59,938 nt of DNA from the IMG/VR virus record IMGVR_UViG_3300044970_000300, positions 1-59,938 of that record; one strand, written 5' to 3'. The notes under the pieces were generated by a model, which had not been told where the DNA came from, did no database searches, and was given only the letters and a program-made list of their open reading frames with translations. Position numbers and translations under genes: made by a program. This stretch comes from a virus (Duplodnaviria > Caudoviricetes). Shown here one piece after another: positions 54,842 to 59,938 of this stretch (position 1 is the first letter of the stretch; each line of letters starts with the position of its first letter).

Positions 54842-55205
54842 CCCAGGACTGTGGAAACGCATCGTAGCCAGCGTGAAGTCCAGCTCAAAGGGCGGAGACC
54901 CTGGTGAGTGGAGCGCACGTAAGGCTCAACTGGCCGTGCTCAAGTACAAGAAGGCGGGCGGTGGTTACTCGGGTGCTAAGAAGGAGACGAACCTATCTAA
55001 GTGGACCAAGCAGAAATGGACGACCTCCGACGGCAAACCCAGCGAAGGCAAGAAGCGCTATCTGCCGAAGGCGGCCTGGGGTGCATTAAGCAACGCTGAG
55101 AAGGCAGCCACCAACAGAGCGAAGGCTCAGGGTAACAAGTCAGGCAAGCAGTTCGTGTCTCAGCCTAAGAACATCGCCGCTAAGGTGGCTAAATTCCGTA
55201 AGTAA
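54822..55205 (+). CDS. basic phage protein (DUF5872-like)
   Basis: GEWSARKAQL...YKKAGGGY...KWT.QKW...RYLP motif. Confidence 0.7.
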   Translation: MEAKKSNPGLWKRIVASVKSSSKGGDPGEWSARKAQLAVLKYKKAGGGYSGAKKETNLSKWTKQKWTTSDGKPSEGKKRYLPKAAWGALSNAEKAATNRAKAQGNKSGKQFVSQPKNIAAKVAKFRK

Positions 55206-55384
55206 TGAAGGCTAATAAGAGGACAGACCTTAAGAGACCCAACGAGGTGATGGTGAAGGCCCCAGCGGGCTACCATTGGATGAGCAAGGGAGGTAGATAC
55301 TACCTGATGCCACACCAGGGTAAGTTCGTACCCCACGAGGGAGCGTCACTGGAGATGCCGTTCAAGGTCATTCGGGAGCATTGA
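55205..55384 (+). CDS. small protein (59 aa)
   Basis: MKANK...VKAPAGYHWM...YYLM; TAATG coupling. Confidence 0.6.
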   Translation: MKANKRTDLKRPNEVMVKAPAGYHWMSKGGRYYLMPHQGKFVPHEGASLEMPFKVIREH

Positions 55385-55808
55385 TAGCCTCCAGACCCTC
55401 TAACTTGCGGTAAATCTTCTGCACCAGTAGCCTACCCTTCTGTGATAGGCAGTATCTGGCACCGTAGCCCACACCATTATCCAACCCAAACAACTGCTTG
55501 TCCTCCTCAGTGACGGACTGTCTGCTTATGTAGACATCGATGAGACCCATATTCATCATCGGCTTGTTGTACATAATACGTATCTTATTGTCGGATATCG
55601 CCGCAAAGTGACTTCTGACGTACATCAGAGTGAAGAACTCAAGGTCGTAGATGAAAAGTAGATAGTCTATCTGTGAAGGGGTCAGCCCATAGCTCTGCGA
55701 TATGTCCACCTTGACGTGTCGTAGGTACTTCAGGTAGTTGCGGAGTATGTTCTTGGCGGGCAGTATCGCGTACTCACGCATCCTCCTGGTGTTGGCTCCC
55801 CTTCTCAT
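55368..55808 (-). CDS. winged-helix (MarR-like) protein
   Basis: YGLT...DYLLFIYD and Y.LS.KG motifs. Confidence 0.55.
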   Translation of the reverse strand: MRRGANTRRMREYAILPAKNILRNYLKYLRHVKVDISQSYGLTPSQIDYLLFIYDLEFFTLMYVRSHFAAISDNKIRIMYNKPMMNMGLIDVYISRQSVTEEDKQLFGLDNGVGYGARYCLSQKGRLLVQKIYRKLEGLEAINAPE

Positions 55809-55859
55809 ATTATATTGTTTCGTAAATTCGTGACAAATTTCATACAAAAATTCATAACA

Positions 55860-56183
55860 ATGGGTCTATCCAAGCAAGAACAGGAGGAGATGTACAAGGA
55901 GTTCTCGGACCTCGTGTACGAGATAAACACTCTCATCCTAAAGTATGGCCTTGAGGAGAGCGGTTTCGTGGTTGCGGCCATTGGCTCCGTGAATTACGAC
56001 GAACTTGATGAGGACGACGAACCCACGATGGATATCGCCTTCTCAGTCAACGTGGCTGACGAGGAGGAGCTCGACGAAGTGGTCGGTCTAATTATCTCAG
56101 GATATCAGCATCAGGAGCGTAACGACACCAGCAAGGTAGATTACTGGATTCGACGAGCTGGAGGAGACCCAGATAAAGAATAA
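55860..56183 (+). CDS. acidic hypothetical protein
   Basis: Start MGLSKQ after an A-rich leader. Confidence 0.6.
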   Translation: MGLSKQEQEEMYKEFSDLVYEINTLILKYGLEESGFVVAAIGSVNYDELDEDDEPTMDIAFSVNVADEEELDEVVGLIISGYQHQERNDTSKVDYWIRRAGGDPDKE

Positions 56184-56187
56184 CACA

Positions 56188-56418
56188 ATGATTAGGAAGA
56201 TTATCATCGGGCAAAACCCGAAGGATGCCTTGGCGTACGTCGTAGGCAACCCCGCAGGCAACGACGGAGTAATCGTAGCCATCGAGCTCGACGAGCGCAC
56301 GTTCGCTAAGTACGGACGTAAGGACTATACCATCTACATTCAGAACCCAGACGGAACCATTCCGTGGAAGGAAGTCATCGGTATGCCCGTAGTAATCGAA
56401 AACGACTGTAAGTTCTAA
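56188..56418 (+). CDS. hypothetical protein
   Basis: IRKI.IG...KDA..Y.VG...WK motif; precedes the GroES-like gene. Confidence 0.65.
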   Translation: MIRKIIIGQNPKDALAYVVGNPAGNDGVIVAIELDERTFAKYGRKDYTIYIQNPDGTIPWKEVIGMPVVIENDCKF

Positions 56419-56993
56419 TGAGAGTTCTGCACGAGTTCATCGTAAGGATGCCCAAGAAGTTCAAGGACACCATCAAGTTCGGGGACACGGAGATATTCCT
56501 TGACTCTCGCTTCGACGAGTTCGCCAACAGAATCAGCGAGGCGGAGATTGTGGCCACCCCAGTCAAGTTCCCCACGGGAGCCAAGGAGGGTGACACGCTA
56601 TACTTCCACCATCACGTGGTGCTGGACAAGCGAGCAGAGATAGACAAGGAGCTATATCGCGTGAAGTTCGACCCAGAGGGCGGCTACGGTTCACAGGCAT
56701 ACGCCTACAAAAGCGAGGACGGAGCGGTTAAGGTGCTCCCAGGTTGGGTGTTCCTAATCCCCGAGGAGGGCGAGGAGCCAACGTCTGAGTCTGGACTCAT
56801 CCTATCGATGAAGAAGGAGGTCAAGATGGAAGGCATCGTCCGCTTCGATACCCCCGAACTGCTCGAGATGGGTGTGAACGCTGGCGACCGAGTAGGCTTC
56901 AGCAAGGAATCCGACTATACGATGGAGGTAAACGGTGAGAAGCTCTGGAGGATGACACCTAACGACCTGTTGTATGTCGCGGAGAAAGTCTGA
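56418..56993 (+). CDS. GroES-like protein with two repeats
   Basis: GDTLYFHH and SGLI...GV..GD.VGF....Y...V.GE.L.RM motifs. Confidence 0.65.
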   Translation: MRVLHEFIVRMPKKFKDTIKFGDTEIFLDSRFDEFANRISEAEIVATPVKFPTGAKEGDTLYFHHHVVLDKRAEIDKELYRVKFDPEGGYGSQAYAYKSEDGAVKVLPGWVFLIPEEGEEPTSESGLILSMKKEVKMEGIVRFDTPELLEMGVNAGDRVGFSKESDYTMEVNGEKLWRMTPNDLLYVAEKV

Positions 56994-57270
56994 ATTCACC
57001 ACAATCGATGCGGCACAGCGTCTGATGGACTCTATGGAGGTGGCCATCAACAATATGATTGAGGAGATTAAGAAGCCCGTCGACCCAGAAATCAACGGTT
57101 CGGCACGCAAGGCGGAGCTCCAGTCAATCAAACAGACCGCCGTGGATGCGCGTGAACTGTTGCAAGAAAGGCAACGACTTGAGGATATGATACGTAGCCT
57201 GTCCGAGAGCGGCAGTATGGGCGAGCAGGCCGACTTTTCAGGCGGTTTCGCTGAGAAATACAGGAAGTAA
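56974..57270 (+). CDS. probable terminase small subunit
   Basis: Small helical protein ending GGFAE, directly upstream of the large subunit. Confidence 0.6.
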   Translation: MSRRKSEFTTIDAAQRLMDSMEVAINNMIEEIKKPVDPEINGSARKAELQSIKQTAVDARELLQERQRLEDMIRSLSESGSMGEQADFSGGFAEKYRK

Positions 57271-59396
57271 TGGCTGGCCTTAAGAAGATAGACGGATACA
57301 AAGACTTCGTGGTGAACATCTGTCCCGATGGGACGGAAGGCGAGGTCATTGAGTTGTCTGATGTCTTCATTCAGCTACCAAAGAAACCGCTCGCCAAGGA
57401 TATACTATTCAACGGGCTCAAGCGTGAGGAGCAGATGTGGAAGCGTCTACCCGTACCGCAGGACCTGATGCGTATACGCTCGATGGACGAATGGATGGAG
57501 CAGCCCAAGGAGTTCCGCATTAAGCACGCTGAGTTCATCGACCAAGAGTTCCACCGCAGACGCAGCGGTGTATGGTTCTACAACAACGGTGTTCCAACAT
57601 ACATCACAGGTCATCACTATATGCTACTCCAATGGAGTCAGATGGACATCGGCTACGCCAGCTATCTGGACTTCCAGCGCAAGCTATACCTCCACTTTGA
57701 GGCGTGCAAGCAGGACCCTAGATGCGTGGGACAGATATACACTAAGTGTCGACGCTCTGGTTATACGAACATCTGTGGTGCGGCACTGGCCGACGAGGGT
57801 ACGCAGGTATCCAATAAGGTGCTGGGCATTATGTCCAAGACTGGTAAGGACGCGCAGGAGAACATCTTTATGAAGAAGCTCCTACCAATGTTCCGTAGCT
57901 ACCCGTTCTTCTTCAAGCCAATCCAGGACGGCACCACCAACCCTCGCGTTGAGCTAGCGTTCCGCGAGCCCGCGAAGCGAATCACCAAGACCAACAAGGT
58001 GAGCAATCAGACCGAGGCTCTCGATACGGTGATTAACTGGAAGAACTCGGTGGCCAACGCATACGACGGTGAGAAACTGCACTATCTATATCTCGATGAG
58101 GCTGGTAAGTGGGAGAATCCACTGGACATCAACGAGGTATGGCGAATCCACCGCACGTGTCTGCTGGTAGGTAAGAAGATTGTCGGTAAGGCTATGGTGG
58201 GCTCCACGGTGAACCCGTTGGATAAGGGAGGTGCAAATTACAAGAAATTGTATTACGACTCCGACCCCACCAAGCGAAACGAGAACGGTAGGACCAAGTC
58301 TGGCCTGTATAAGATATTCGTACCCGCGTACGAGGCCCTGGAGGGCTTCTTCGACGTTTACGGTATGCCGATAATGGACGACCCATCGGAGCCTACGCTC
58401 ACTATGGACGGCGACGTCATCAGCATCGGAGCCAAGACCTACCTGTCGAACGAGCGCAAGGCGTTGATGCACGACCCATACGAACTCAATGAGGTAATCA
58501 GACAGTTCCCGTGGAGCGAGGAGGAGGCATTCCGCGACTCAACGAAGTCATCACACTTCAACGTGGGCAAGATATACGAGCAGTTGCAGCATAACAGGGA
58601 GATGTACCCAAGCCCAGTCGTAAAGGGTAACTTCGTATGGAAGGACGGTAAGCCCGACAGCGAGGTGCTATGGAACCCTGACTCCAACGGCCGATGGCTA
58701 GTGACGTGGCTGCCGCCCGACGATATCCGAAATAAACGAAAGCAGGAGTTCGGTAAGGTATTCCCTGCCAACGACCACCTCGGTACTGGCGGTGTCGACT
58801 CCTATGACCTCGACAATACGATGGACGGCAGGGGTTCTAAGGGTGCGTGTCACCTGTACAACAAGTTCAATATGAGCTACCCGAGCAATATGTTCGTGGC
58901 TGAGTACGCCAACCGCCCGCCGCTAGCTAGAATCTTCTATGAGGACGTGCTGATGGCTGCGGTGTTCTACGGATATCCGCTGCTCATAGAAAACAACAAG
59001 TACGGGATAGTACGCTACTTCGAGTCGCGTGGATACGACGGATACATTATGGATAGGCCAGAACATCTAAAGGCTCCAGGCTCTAGCTCCAACGTGAAGA
59101 CCAAGGGTATACCGTCCAACTCGCAGGATGTTATACAGGCCCACGCACAGGCAATCGAAGCATTCGTTCACGAACACGTCGGTATGAACGCGGAGACTGG
59201 CGATTACGGCAGGATGTATCTCGACAGGACGCTCGAGGATTGGATTGGATACAGGATTGACGACAGAACAAAGTTTGACTTGACCATCAGTTCGGGGCTG
59301 GCGTTGCTTGCCGCACAGAGGGTTAAGCAGGAGAGAAAGACGGCGGATATGTCAAGTAAAGTGTTCCTCAGACGGTTCAAGGATATAACTCGCTAA
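57270..59396 (+). CDS. terL: terminase large subunit
   Basis: K.RRSG Walker A, YLDEAGKW Walker B, GST, and nuclease GVDSY and ENN motifs. Confidence 0.9.
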   Translation: MAGLKKIDGYKDFVVNICPDGTEGEVIELSDVFIQLPKKPLAKDILFNGLKREEQMWKRLPVPQDLMRIRSMDEWMEQPKEFRIKHAEFIDQEFHRRRSGVWFYNNGVPTYITGHHYMLLQWSQMDIGYASYLDFQRKLYLHFEACKQDPRCVGQIYTKCRRSGYTNICGAALADEGTQVSNKVLGIMSKTGKDAQENIFMKKLLPMFRSYPFFFKPIQDGTTNPRVELAFREPAKRITKTNKVSNQTEALDTVINWKNSVANAYDGEKLHYLYLDEAGKWENPLDINEVWRIHRTCLLVGKKIVGKAMVGSTVNPLDKGGANYKKLYYDSDPTKRNENGRTKSGLYKIFVPAYEALEGFFDVYGMPIMDDPSEPTLTMDGDVISIGAKTYLSNERKALMHDPYELNEVIRQFPWSEEEAFRDSTKSSHFNVGKIYEQLQHNREMYPSPVVKGNFVWKDGKPDSEVLWNPDSNGRWLVTWLPPDDIRNKRKQEFGKVFPANDHLGTGGVDSYDLDNTMDGRGSKGACHLYNKFNMSYPSNMFVAEYANRPPLARIFYEDVLMAAVFYGYPLLIENNKYGIVRYFESRGYDGYIMDRPEHLKAPGSSSNVKTKGIPSNSQDVIQAHAQAIEAFVHEHVGMNAETGDYGRMYLDRTLEDWIGYRIDDRTKFDLTISSGLALLAAQRVKQERKTADMSSKVFLRRFKDITR

Positions 59397-59450
59397 CCCA
59401 CAACATATTATTGGGTATATTTGCACATAAACTGGGGATAAAGAATAGGT

Positions 59451-59938
59451 ATGGAAAGCAATAACAAGCAGGGGAACTTCCCTGACCCGCTAGCATCTCC
59501 CGAGGCTAAGGCCGCAAAGTCCTACGGACTGAAGTACGCCAGAGCCATCGAGTCGCAGTGGGGACATACGGACGACCACGGCAGCATCTTTAGGAAGCGC
59601 CTGGACGAGTTCGAACGCTACCGCGACTACGCCAACGGCACACAAGACACGAAGATTTACAAGCAGATACTCAATTCGCTGGACCCGAACAACGGTGACG
59701 GCTCACTGCTTAACATCGACTGGTCACCCGTACCCATCATCCCTAAGTTCGTTAAGATTGTCGTAAACAAGATTCTATCTAAGAATCCATACCCCAACGT
59801 GGAGGCAATCGACCCGCTGAGCATCACCGAGAAGGAGCGCAAGAAGGCAGAGCTTAAGTTCAACGTGGAGAACAAGGAGATGCTCCAGCAGGCTAAGATG
59901 GCAGGCATCGAGGTTGGCGCTGAGATTGAGAAGATTCC
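59451..59938 (+). CDS. portal protein (5' part, truncated by the window end)
   Basis: R.YA.G.Q...YK and LNIDWSPVPIIPKFV.IVVN motifs; follows terL; promoter TATATTTG at 59416-59423. Confidence 0.8.
   Translation, partial: MESNNKQGNFPDPLASPEAKAAKSYGLKYARAIESQWGHTDDHGSIFRKRLDEFERYRDYANGTQDTKIYKQILNSLDPNNGDGSLLNIDWSPVPIIPKFVKIVVNKILSKNPYPNVEAIDPLSITEKERKKAELKFNVENKEMLQQAKMAGIEVGAEIEKI

Noticed and set aside
1-59938. Stop-codon reassignment
   Set aside because: Genes are long and intact in the standard code, and the tRNA anticodon is UCU, not CUA

Overview
The whole window is tailed-phage DNA and probably covers almost the entire genome: the portal gene starts at 59451 and runs off the right end, and bases 1-50 look like the end of an ORF. 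The host is inferred to be a Bacteroidota bacterium, from many TAnnTTTG (-7) and TTTG (-33) promoters, AT-rich leaders without Shine-Dalgarno sites and a BT4734/VirE-N-type primase-helicase. The + strand (1-33120 and 53581-end) carries tail proteins, two S74-chaperone tail fibres, scaffold, major capsid, ring and muzzle-type proteins, three probable ejection proteins including a 2673-aa polyvalent protein, lysis genes, a GroES-like protein, terminase and portal. The - strand (33200-52350) carries tRNA-Arg(UCU), nrdA/nrdB, nucleases, primase-helicase, recombination genes and many small early genes, including an amidoligase, a class II glutamine amidotransferase, a GGCT and a GH73 glucosaminidase. 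The most unusual signal is at the RNA level. Two type I hammerhead ribozymes bracket the amidoligase gene, and cleavage at both would release a 1862-nt RNA able to re-form a hammerhead and circularise. A ~650-nt structured early leader ends in a mini tRNA-like domain, a pseudoknotted ncRNA abuts the tRNA, and several other intergenic regions fold. Two small genes appear nested out of frame in the giant ejection gene. All calls come from reading motifs by eye; no searches or folding programs were run.
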